A DNA stretch of 64,000 nucleotides, taken from assembly GCA_963847185.1 (NCBI GenBank), contig CAWJYV010000007.1, forward strand, positions 768,001-832,000, given 5' to 3'. Source of the DNA: an uncultured Methanosarcinaceae archaeon. Lineage in GTDB: Archaea > Halobacteriota > Methanosarcinia > Methanosarcinales > Methanosarcinaceae. The position numbers were made by a program, and so were the translations under genes. The notes under the pieces were generated by a model. The model did not search any database. It had not been told where the DNA came from and saw nothing but the letters and a program-made list of their open reading frames with translations. Of the stretch, positions 31,710-40,918 are shown in pieces (the stretch's first letter is position 1; each line of letters opens with the position of its first letter).

Positions 31710-32129
31710 CAGATGCTTCTTAATGCACTATTTTTGTTTTTTTAAATTGTCTCTCCAACTGTTTACATTTCGTTTTTTAATCTTTTTTCAACTATCCGTC
31801 AGCTTCAGGAGTTGATTTATTTTTGTCTCGCCGACTATCTTCGACTTAACAATCATAATATTGACTAAATTAAATAAAAAGATACTTATTATAACTATAT
31901 ATCTAAAAGTATGAATATCCTTAAAATAAGTGTTTTTAAAGTATTTATTGGAAATAAGAGGGTTTATAAATACTTAAAGAGCAAGCTACTGGTCTTTAAA
32001 GGGTTGATAAACGTAAAATAAGCGTTTGAACCTTTATTATTTGTGACCTTCCTTGCATTTAAAATGGGGTGATAATATTCACCTGCCCCCGCGGCATCAA
32101 ACAATTTCCTTTTTTTGCACTAACTTTAG

Positions 32130-32213
32130 AGCCTCTTCTCATCCAGGGTAAGACACAAAGATCTACGGCGAAAGTCCAGCCTGCGAGCTCTCACGAGCTC
32201 AGGCACATATCCT
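32130..32213 (+). repeat. Dispersed repeat / MITE remnant (copy B)
   Basis: GC-rich islet ending GAGCTCTCACGAGCTCAGGCACATATCCT, homologous to 28292-28320. Confidence 0.55.
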
Positions 32214-32377
32214 TTCCCCAATCTTTTAAATGATAGTTTCCGTACAGATCACACCCACTAACAAGCAAATAGAAAGAAGCTGCAACAAAAAGCAATATGC
32301 AAAGCATCCGATGAAAATACCTGTTTCATTAAAAAATTGTTATTTGGTGTGTATATATAAAAATATTTAATTTGTAG

Positions 32378-33060
32378 TCACTGGCTTTCTTTTTCGGTAG
32401 GAATGTGTTTGACAATGTCTACGACTTCCTTGTAAACCCTAACCTCTGCCTCTGCTTCAGCCAAATGCTTTTCTACATTTATTAAATTGTGTTCATAAGT
32501 TGTAAGCAACTCGGTTTTTCTTAATTCTATTAGTATTTTCAGTTTATATCCCCTGATGTAAGTAAGAGGAACTGAACTTATATGATGCGTACATCGCCAT
32601 TTATTTTAATAATGTATTATAAATGTTGAGATGTAGTTACTGATTTAATGGCTGGATTATAATGCGATTAAGAGGGAAACAGTGACTATCATGAATAGAA
32701 TCCATGAGAATAATCAAATCTAAAAAAGTAACCATATGGGGAGCTAGTCCCGCTCAGTTTTGTAGTCAGTGACCTTATTGAACATCTAAAGATGTAGCTG
32801 TCTCTGAACGTTGTTTTGAATCAGTGACTCTGAACCTCTCCACGATAGATAACCAAATTGCACAGACAACCATAAAACCCCCAATAAAGATCCATCGCGC
32901 ACACTTTTTGAGTTTCATAATTAAAACCGGTGTTACTCCAAAGATTTTTATCAATATGTGACTACTATTTCTCCAGGCAATTGATTCAAGGCTTCATACT
33001 CAAAAAATACATAATGATCCCTATAATGAAACCCAATACAACAGACTCTTTAAACTCCAT
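32378..33060 (-). pseudogene. Possible decayed membrane-protein gene
   Basis: SD GGGGTG + ATG 33060 gives MEFKESVVLGFIIGIIMYFL, then a frameshift into ..KKCARWIFIGGFMVVCAIWLSIV..; later coiled-coil fragment YEHNLINVEKHLAEAEAEVRVYKE; multiple stops. Confidence 0.35.
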
Positions 33061-33168
33061 TAAACCCACCCCATAACTTTCCGATATAAGCTGCTTCCGC
33101 AGTAGAAATAGACAGATTGCAATTTATAGGAAACGAACAGCGCCTTTTATTTTAATTGAGTTATGATA

Positions 33169-33298
33169 GAGTTGATCCCAAAACTCAAAAACTACTTCTT
33201 TGAATCTCAACTTAAAAACATTTAATTGAGCTATTGATCAGGAAAGTAGTTATGAAATTCCTATGGATCTGGAAAAAAATAGGTTTTGGGATAGGCTC
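33169..33298. mobile_element. 130-bp MITE with IS5-like (GAG...) termini
   Basis: TIRs GAGTTGATCCCAAAAC / GTTTTGGGATAGGCTC; no coding capacity. Confidence 0.78.
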
Positions 33299-33427
33299 CC
33301 TGTAAATATGAACGAGTCGTATTTGCTCTGTTAAAGTTGTCCATCTATTCCAGTATAAATGGGTCTTCTCGGAGTTCATCTAATTCCATGCAAAAGCCTC
33401 TTGTTGAGATAAGTATATTTTATTTCG

Positions 33428-34111
33428 TCATAAAATATACCAGTCAGTGTCATCAACCGAAATATCTTCTTTAAGGCCTACTTCCCTCCTGGGAAGCTTA
33501 AGTGCGTCAGTAATCGCATCTGAAAAGTCCTGAAGGTACTCTCTTGAGGAGAGGCTGTTATAGATGAAAGGTTTATCTGGCTGGATCATTTTCTGAATCG
33601 TTGCTTCCCTGGGAACAATATCAACTTTTATATCAACCATTTCTACGGCTTTTTCCATCGCAGTTCGGAAATCTCCTATACAGTAAGCTATCCTGTGTTT
33701 GTAATTGTCCCTGGTCTTTTCAAGATAAGCAGCAAGCCTTTCACTTTCCATTTTTATGAAATCCCGTTTGATCTTTGTCACATTACATTTTCCCATCATG
33801 AAACTGTAATGCATGAAAGGATATTGCGTGTCAAGCTCTCTGGGAGTGATTCCGCAGGTTCCGAAAGTTACTATGTGTACATCCTCAGGTTTTGCAATTC
33901 CGAAGATTACCCGATCGAATTTTTTGTGAGAGGGGCTTTCGTGATAGGGTTTTCTTTTGGCACATGGGACGAAAATGCAGAGCTCTCTGAAGGGAGCTTC
34001 ATACTCGCTCAGGACCCATTCATTGGCTCTTATCATATCCGGATGATAGATTACCCTATCAGTATCAAGAGGCTCTTGAGAACGTTCATCTTCAGGAATA
34101 ATTGGTTTCAT
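33428..34111 (-). CDS. Stand-alone DUF5591 / archaeosine synthase (ArcS)-catalytic-domain-like protein
   Basis: PCAKRKPYHESPSHKKF matches PC-x3-KPY-x2-S-x2-H; GITPRELD..YP. Confidence 0.75.
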   Translation of the reverse strand: MKPIIPEDERSQEPLDTDRVIYHPDMIRANEWVLSEYEAPFRELCIFVPCAKRKPYHESPSHKKFDRVIFGIAKPEDVHIVTFGTCGITPRELDTQYPFMHYSFMMGKCNVTKIKRDFIKMESERLAAYLEKTRDNYKHRIAYCIGDFRTAMEKAVEMVDIKVDIVPREATIQKMIQPDKPFIYNSLSSREYLQDFSDAITDALKLPRREVGLKEDISVDDTDWYIL

Positions 34112-34550
34112 AAACGTCAAGGTTAATTGAGCCTGGAGATTGTATATATAATTAACTAAATTCAGCCTGTTTTAGAATTCGTGAGCGTGTATGAAAAGAG
34201 CGTTCAGAGGTAGGTAAAGTAGAAAACATGTAATATAGAAGAAATGTAATATAAGAAGAGTAGAATATAAGTAGAATAATATAAAAAGAACAGGAAAAAA
34301 GGATAAGAAAAATAAATAAGTCACTAACCAGTATTGAATCGTCTCTACTTCATTTTTGAAATTTATTTGAACAAGAGAGATTAAATATAATTAAGAAGTA
34401 TAACCTAAATACAGAAAGTCATTTTGGAAATCTCCAATATAAATAAATAATCTATTTTCATATATTCCAATATCCTTTCATAAATTATTAGAATTCTCAA
34501 AAACGAGCATGTAGAATTGAACAAGGCAAACTGTCCAAAATAGTGGTCTT

Positions 34551-34913
34551 ATGGCAAATTCTATTCATGAGATGATCAGAGCAAGCTTCAGATGCGAAGA
34601 TATGGTAAAATGCGTACTGGGCTTGAAATCTCTTGACATTGAAGCATACAAGGCCCTGCTCCTGCATGGCTCCCTGACAGCCGAGAAATTAGGAGAAATC
34701 CTTAACAGGGAAAGAAGTACCGCTTACCGTGCTTTACAGAACCTCATAGCATGTGGAATTGTTTACAGAGAAACAAAATCTATTGAGAGTGGGGGATATT
34801 ACTATGAATATGTAGCCCTTGAACCCGAGGAAGTGAAGCAGATGGTAAAGAAAAACGTTGATGAATGGTACATTCAAATGAATAACCTGATAGACAAATG
34901 GATGATAGAATAA
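34551..34913 (+). CDS. Winged-HTH transcriptional regulator (TrmB-like, COG3355)
   Basis: CEDMVKCVLGL..LTAEKLGEILNRERSTAYRALQNL..GGYYYEY. Confidence 0.88.
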   Translation: MANSIHEMIRASFRCEDMVKCVLGLKSLDIEAYKALLLHGSLTAEKLGEILNRERSTAYRALQNLIACGIVYRETKSIESGGYYYEYVALEPEEVKQMVKKNVDEWYIQMNNLIDKWMIE

Positions 34914-35029
34914 GTGTTTTCATGCAGAGTGGACGAAAACTAAAGACAAAATAAAAATGAACTTGTGAAAATTAAATATAAAAAACTAAAAATGAGTATT
35001 AATAGAAAATTTTGGAAGACCAGGTAAAA

Positions 35030-36211
35030 TCAGCGTTTTAACCCGTCTACAAAATCTCCCATTCTTTCTATTGCTTTTTTAATATCATCCATGGACGCTG
35101 CATAGGCACATCGAAGGAAACCTTCACCTGACTCTCCAAAAACATCTCCTGGAATTGTAACAACCTTCTTTTCGTTTAGAAGGCGCTCTGAAAACTCTGA
35201 GGAAGAAAGCCCTGTGTTTCCTATATACGGGAAGGCGTAGAATGCGCCCTTGGGGTTGAAGCACTCAAGCCCTATGCTGTTAAAACCCCTGACGATAAAG
35301 TGTCTTCGCCGATCATATTCCCTGGCCATCCGCTCCATTTCCTCTTTGCCATTGCGGAGAGCTTCAATGGCACCTATCTGAGCAGTTGTAGGAGCACACA
35401 TCATTGAGTACTGATGGATCATCATCATGGAGTGAATAATTTCAGGAGAACCCATCGCAAATCCAAGCCTGAGTCCTGTCATTGCGTAGGCTTTGGAAAA
35501 GCCGTTTAGCATAACAGTTCTGTCTTTCATCCCATCAAGAGAAGAAAACGGAACATGAGTACCTTCATAGGTCAGACACTCATAAACCTCGTCCGAGATA
35601 ACAAATAGATCATTCTCTACAACAAGGTCGGAAATTTCCTCCATCCCTTCCTTCACCATAATGGCCCCTGTAGGGTTATTGGGGAAGTTTAGAACAATTG
35701 CCTTGGTCTTATCCGTAATTGCGGGCTTAAGAGCCTCTGCAGTCAGACTAAAGTTATCTTTCATGTAAGTAGGGACGATAACAGGCTTGCCACCTGCCAG
35801 AATAACGGAGGGGACATATGCTACATATGAAGGCTGGACTACAATAACCTCATCACCCGGGTTTGTAACTGCCCTTATTGCAATATCCAGAGCTTCACTA
35901 ACACCCGTTGTGACCAGGATCTCGGATGCAGGGTCATAGTCCAGGCCATAACGCCTGTAATAGGTTCTGCTAAGTTCGTCTCTAAGTTCAGGAAGCCCGT
36001 AATTTGAGGTGTATGAAGTCTCTCCCTTTTCCAGAGAGTGGATACACATTTCACGGATATGCCAGGGAGTAATGAAATCAGGTTCCCCCACACCAAGAGA
36101 AATTATATCTTCGAGTCCGGAAACCAGATCAAAAAAACGACGTATTCCTGAAGGCGGGATATTCTTCACAGCTTCGGCAACAAATTTTGAAGGATCGCAT
36201 GGAGGTCTCAA
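35030..36211 (-). CDS. PLP-dependent class I/II aminotransferase
   Basis: PSGIRRFFD, SLGVGEPDF, PNNPTG, SDEVY, GFSKAYAMTGLRLG; TTG start after GGGGTG. Confidence 0.95.
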   Translation of the reverse strand: MRPPCDPSKFVAEAVKNIPPSGIRRFFDLVSGLEDIISLGVGEPDFITPWHIREMCIHSLEKGETSYTSNYGLPELRDELSRTYYRRYGLDYDPASEILVTTGVSEALDIAIRAVTNPGDEVIVVQPSYVAYVPSVILAGGKPVIVPTYMKDNFSLTAEALKPAITDKTKAIVLNFPNNPTGAIMVKEGMEEISDLVVENDLFVISDEVYECLTYEGTHVPFSSLDGMKDRTVMLNGFSKAYAMTGLRLGFAMGSPEIIHSMMMIHQYSMMCAPTTAQIGAIEALRNGKEEMERMAREYDRRRHFIVRGFNSIGLECFNPKGAFYAFPYIGNTGLSSSEFSERLLNEKKVVTIPGDVFGESGEGFLRCAYAASMDDIKKAIERMGDFVDGLKR

Positions 36212-36286
36212 GCAAAGCACCCCTGTAAAAATATGTGAGTAGAATGAATGTAAGCTGATAAGAGGATCAGGTCTTACAATCTCGCA

Positions 36287-36778
36287 TTAAAACGAGACTG
36301 GAAGCCTTTTTATCGCCTCAGGTTCGTGGAGAATTACCCCATCTTCTTTGTAGGTCTTCAGTACGAAGTGAGTTGACGTACTCTGTACCTGATCCAGGGT
36401 TGCAATTTTTTCTGCTACGAAAAAGGCTACATCCTTCATTGACTTTCCCCGGACGGTAAGAGATATGTCATAGTCCCCGGATAAGAGCCTGACAGATCTG
36501 ACTTCCGGGAACTTATAGATCCTTTCTGCAATTGCCTGATAGCCCTGATTGCGCTCGAGAGTGACCTTCAGCTGAATCACGGCATAAACATAGTTTTCCC
36601 CAACCAGATCCCAATCAACAATGGTCTTATAGTGCCGGATAACTCCTGTTTCTTCAAGTTTTGCGATCGTCTGGGAAACTTCCTTTGCAGACATATTTAT
36701 CAGTGCTGCAATTTCTTCAGGAGTTGCTCGAGCGTCATTTTCAAGAATTTCCAGTATATGTCGAATCTGTTCATCCAT
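36287..36778 (-). CDS. Lrp/AsnC family transcriptional regulator
   Basis: ILEILENDAR..IAKLEETGVI HTH; RAM domain LLSGDYD. Confidence 0.93.
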   Translation of the reverse strand: MDEQIRHILEILENDARATPEEIAALINMSAKEVSQTIAKLEETGVIRHYKTIVDWDLVGENYVYAVIQLKVTLERNQGYQAIAERIYKFPEVRSVRLLSGDYDISLTVRGKSMKDVAFFVAEKIATLDQVQSTSTHFVLKTYKEDGVILHEPEAIKRLPVSF

Positions 36779-36850
36779 AGTGATCACCGGCACAAAGTTG
36801 AGAAAAATTTGGCAAAGAATTCCCCGTTTCCGAGGTTAGATTTTATCAAA

Positions 36851-37228
36851 TTATTCAATCAATACAGCGTTTACAACTCCGTCCTGTCCTGGTCTGCTGG
36901 TAACTTTCGCAGTTCCGAGAGCTGTCCTTATGACGGAGCCTTTTGTCAGAATGTTACGCCTGACATAGTGTTTATTAGCAGTGTTGTCAATAACTGTTTC
37001 AATGGCAGCAGAGACGGTCTTTCCGTCTTTTGGATTGGTTATGTTTGCAATGTTGCACTGAAGCAGCCTTACCTTCCTGTTGCCACCCATTGTGGAGATA
37101 TTTTTCCTCTTTACACCAGTTATACGGGTATCCGCAGATTCGCGGCCCATTTCAAACTTGCGCTTCCCGCGGGCAGCAATAACTTTCCCACCGGTCACTT
37201 TCCTTCTGGAGCTACCTTGCCATCTCAT
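36851..37228 (-). CDS. rps8e: 30S ribosomal protein S8e
   Basis: [38 protein letters not shown]. Confidence 0.98.
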   Translation of the reverse strand: MRWQGSSRRKVTGGKVIAARGKRKFEMGRESADTRITGVKRKNISTMGGNRKVRLLQCNIANITNPKDGKTVSAAIETVIDNTANKHYVRRNILTKGSVIRTALGTAKVTSRPGQDGVVNAVLIE

Positions 37229-37780
37229 ATTAAAACCTCATATATAATGAAATTGTAAGCAGTGTTTTCATTTATGATTAACCTGTACTTTCCTATTGTA
37301 AATATTAATCCTGATGATCCTGATCTGATAATCTTGTCAGGGCAAAAGCACACCTATCAGTAGCTAATTGCTCTGATTATATATTAATTATATTAACAGG
37401 AGTGCTTGATTAGCATATATTAACAGGAGTACTGATAGCATATTTGCTATGGACTTATCAATACAAATAGAATCGTATATGAACTTTGCGATCAGGAAGT
37501 TAGAAAAACTCAATTTTGGGACTTTCCTGTTTACAGGCGCCTGTGCCTGCGAAAATGCCTTCGATAGTTAGAAATCGGGTATGAGAAAGACTCACAAACA
37601 GAAGGTAAAGAGATAGATATATAATACATTGCACTTTGACAACAGGGATTATATAACATACAGCAAATAAAATTAAAGAGATTTAAATCATAAAAAAGAA
37701 TTAATGCTGTAGTAATTGCTGTAATAATTGCTGTAATATTAGATATTTACATGTTTAATACAGTACGAGGAGAAACAGTA

Positions 37781-38107
37781 ATGGTTACCGAAATTTCACT
37801 GAATACCATATGCGGACACACCACAAAGATCATTGCCACAAAGGAAGGAAAGAACACCCATGTGCATATAAAAACTTCATGTGAGAAACTAAGAAAATGG
37901 GGTACACACTTTGAGATGGGAATGAAAGATCTTATGGGTGGGCCAGATACGGTAATTGCTCAAAAAATGGCTGAAGCTCCCCTTACACCCACCTGTCTCG
38001 TACCGGCGGCGGTAATGAATGCTTGCTGGCTCGAAAACGGCATGATCTCCAAAAATCTTGCAAGGGGTATGGGGAAGATGGAAATTATATTTGACAAATT
38101 GGAGTGA
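37781..38107 (+). CDS. Small Cys-containing conserved protein (DUF6951-like)
   Basis: ICGHTT..TSCE..PTCLVP pattern; ATG 37781 after GAGGAG. Confidence 0.7.
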   Translation: MVTEISLNTICGHTTKIIATKEGKNTHVHIKTSCEKLRKWGTHFEMGMKDLMGGPDTVIAQKMAEAPLTPTCLVPAAVMNACWLENGMISKNLARGMGKMEIIFDKLE

Positions 38108-38352
38108 GTATCCTCCAACAAGCCCTTAAGTTCTTCGTTAAAAACAAGTGTACTGAGAGAAATATGAAAAATTAACAGTACTGTGGAAAATACTCTGGAT
38201 ACACATTAACTCAGGAATGCTTAAATTAAATTTCATTAAGTATAATTTATTCAATATCAGTAAAAATCGATCTCAAAATATTAAAATAGCATTGATCTCA
38301 TTTTTTAATAATAAACCACATAAGCGGGAATTAAAAATTGGAGTTAGAAAAT

Positions 38353-39042
38353 ATGGATATAGAAAAAATAAACAGTTATGGTCAGGAATTGATCGACTGT
38401 TTGAAACTAAAAACTTCTCCTGTCGCAGTTAAACTGGTTCCAAAAGGAAACCCGGTTCCTGAGGGAATGAAGAAAGTAGACGAGACTATGAGGCATTGCC
38501 AGCTTGTTGATAGAGTGAGAAGGTCCGGCGAAGAGTTCTACACCCTCGGAGAAGATCAGATGTGCAAAGGAGGAGCCGGGGCAATGGGCCTTGGGGAACT
38601 GCCTCCAAAAGTAGCCACTGGGGAGTTCTATTTAAAAGGACTCAAACAATTCAGTACACAGGGTGCCGCAAGGCGTACTATTGACAGAGTCCCTAAAATG
38701 CCACCGAACTCAACAGAAGCTGTCCTCTACGCCCCCCTTGAAAAAGCCACATTTTCTCCGGACGTAATTGTAATTATCTGTACCCCCAAACAGGTAATGC
38801 TGCTCACACAAGCTTATATGTACAAAACCGGAGGCAGGCTTGAAACCAGTTTCGCAGGGAAGCAGAGCCTGTGTTCCGATGCTGTTGTGCAGGCTTACAA
38901 AGAAGGTAAAGTCGGAGTCACAGTTGGTTGCAGCGGCAGTAGAACTTACACTAAAATCGAAGACGAAGAAATGATAATGGGAATTCCGGTAGAACTTCTA
39001 CCTGATGTACTCTCAGGTCTCAAAGAGATCTGCCCCAGATAA
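38353..39042 (+). CDS. DUF169 family (Cys-rich, putative metal/Fe-S binding) protein
   Basis: LKLKTSPVAVK, RHCQ, CKGGAGAMG, PDVI, SLCSD, GCSGSR. Confidence 0.88.
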   Translation: MDIEKINSYGQELIDCLKLKTSPVAVKLVPKGNPVPEGMKKVDETMRHCQLVDRVRRSGEEFYTLGEDQMCKGGAGAMGLGELPPKVATGEFYLKGLKQFSTQGAARRTIDRVPKMPPNSTEAVLYAPLEKATFSPDVIVIICTPKQVMLLTQAYMYKTGGRLETSFAGKQSLCSDAVVQAYKEGKVGVTVGCSGSRTYTKIEDEEMIMGIPVELLPDVLSGLKEICPR

Positions 39043-39317
39043 AATCAATGTTTTCTCTTCAAAATAAAATTCCTTCGTGTTCAAGCCCTTTCACAAGATT
39101 TCCGAATTAAAGTTTCCTAATTCAAGAAAGGGCTTGTCAAATAATAAAAAATAGATTTTAAACGTTTTTAACCTCGAAAATACCTCTAATTTCATCTTTT
39201 TTGAACAAATCCTTTTTATTACTGTTATTCCAATGCGCCATTCGGGAAAGAATAGTCCTGAATTTTAAATAAATCAATTTAAGAGAATCAAACTTCTAAG
39301 TCATGAATTAGTCTGCT

Positions 39318-39400
39318 TGAGCGAAGCGAAACAGACCCCGTGCTCCCCGGAAGCGGAACTCGGGAAGCGGAACTCGGGCGCAGAAGCGTAATTCAGGTGG
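39318..39400. repeat. GC-rich intergenic repeat islet
   Basis: GAGCGAAGCGAAA..., then GGAAGCGGAACTCG x2 plus a degenerate third copy, in an AT-rich spacer. Confidence 0.55.
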
Positions 39401-39458
39401 AACTCAATGGAGTATATGAAGAGATGAATTATATACTAATAGAGAAAAGAGAAGGAAA

Positions 39459-39959
39459 ATGACCTGTTACATAGCAGATTCAGCGGTCTTTATAATGGGG
39501 AACTGCAATTTCGATAGTTCGCTGATGATTACCGTCCCTTCTGTTGCTGACGAATTAAAAAGCAGGGATTCGGTGCTACGTTTTGACCTTGCAAAAGAAG
39601 GAGGATTACGCGTTGAATGGCCTGAACCCGAAATGGTAAAAAGGGTTCGGGAAATGGCGGAGCATACAAGGGATTCAGAAGAACTTTCCAGAACAGACCT
39701 TGAAGTCCTTGCAAAAGCCTTTGAGCATAAGGACAGATGTATCCTGCTTACGGATGACTATGCAGTCCAGAATGTTGCCATACAGCTTGGGATTCAGGTT
39801 GAACCCATTGCTCAGAAAAAAATTAAGGATATAATAATCTGGCAAAAGCAATGTATTGGTTGCAGAAAAACATTTAAAGAAGGAGATGTCTGCCCTATCT
39901 GTGGCTCCCCTCTTAAAAAAAAGAGGAAAAAAACTATAAAAGAAAAGAGGCAATCTTAA
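39459..39959 (+). CDS. nob1: Nob1-family PIN endonuclease with zinc ribbon
   Basis: IADSAVFI, LSRTD, LTDDYAVQN, CIGC..CPICG. Confidence 0.9.
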   Translation: MTCYIADSAVFIMGNCNFDSSLMITVPSVADELKSRDSVLRFDLAKEGGLRVEWPEPEMVKRVREMAEHTRDSEELSRTDLEVLAKAFEHKDRCILLTDDYAVQNVAIQLGIQVEPIAQKKIKDIIIWQKQCIGCRKTFKEGDVCPICGSPLKKKRKKTIKEKRQS

Positions 39960-40126
39960 ACTGAAGAAAAAGATATAACGCTTGATAGTGTAATATTGTC
40001 TTTAATTGAGTGAACAAATACACAAATATAATTTTCAATAAGTATTTCAGGCAAGATCCGCAAGTCGAATAAGTTAAAGTTCGCTGCGAAATACGGCCTG
40101 AAAAAATTTCAGGTGGGAATGGAGAC

Positions 40127-40741
40127 ATGAAGAATATAGAAGATTTAATTCAGAAAGCTGTGGAACTGCAAAGCAACGGGCTTGTTACCGGCCAGATTGC
40201 CGATGAACTCAACGTTTCAAGAGAAACAGTAACCTGGCTTTTAACCCGTTCGAAAAAAGAAGTAACAGCTCCGGCTCCAAAGGATATTTCCGTAAACTGG
40301 AGCAGCATAGGGAAAAGTGCCACACGTCTCCACTATATCTCTCTTGCACTCTGCGATATGGTGCTTGAGGTCCTGGAACAATCAAATACCGAAGTAGATG
40401 TGGTCGTTGGTGTTGCCGCAAGTGGTATTCCTCTTGCAAGCATGATGGCAAACGAACTTGGAGCAGACTTTGCTCTTTATCACTCCCGTAAGGGACAGGA
40501 TGTAGTTCAGCCTGGCCACAAAGGAACCATAAGCAGAAACTTTGGAACCGTCGCAGGCAAAAACTGCGTAATTGTAGACGACGTCATTACTACAGGTTCC
40601 ACTACCATGGAAGTAATTGAGCAGCTGAGAGAAATGGATGCAAAGCCAAGGGCTGTAGTGGTTCTGGTAGACAAAAAGGGTGCAGATACAATTGCTAATG
40701 TTCCTATCCGGTCACTCGTAAAGATTGTGCGTCTGGACTGA
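40127..40741 (+). CDS. PyrE-like HTH-phosphoribosyltransferase protein (GfcR-type regulator)
   Basis: N-terminal [21 protein letters not shown]; PRT motif [13 protein letters not shown]. Confidence 0.88.
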   Translation: MKNIEDLIQKAVELQSNGLVTGQIADELNVSRETVTWLLTRSKKEVTAPAPKDISVNWSSIGKSATRLHYISLALCDMVLEVLEQSNTEVDVVVGVAASGIPLASMMANELGADFALYHSRKGQDVVQPGHKGTISRNFGTVAGKNCVIVDDVITTGSTTMEVIEQLREMDAKPRAVVVLVDKKGADTIANVPIRSLVKIVRLD

Positions 40742-40781
40742 AAAATATAAATTGATAACTAAAATAAGACAACTTATTATG

Positions 40782-40812
40782 TGGAAAGCCTTTCAATAGA
40801 AGGGCTTTTCCA
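40782..40812. terminator. Hairpin between convergent genes
   Basis: TGGAAAGCCTTTC-aata-GAAGGGCTTTTCCA. Confidence 0.5.
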
Positions 40813-40918
40813 AAATTTATACCTTTTTGAAACTTAAATCAAATTTAAAAAGTTAGTATCTTTTTTATATGGTAAATACGGCAAAATGATGGAAGGAAAA
40901 GAGGCTTATTAAAGCCTT

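Noticed and set aside
36632-37258. 208-aa plus-strand ORF
   Set aside because: Lies antisense to rps8e and the Lrp gene; no recognisable features
37389-37445. TATATTAACAGGAGT direct repeat upstream of rps8e
   Set aside because: Only two copies; looks like a local duplication with no evidence of function
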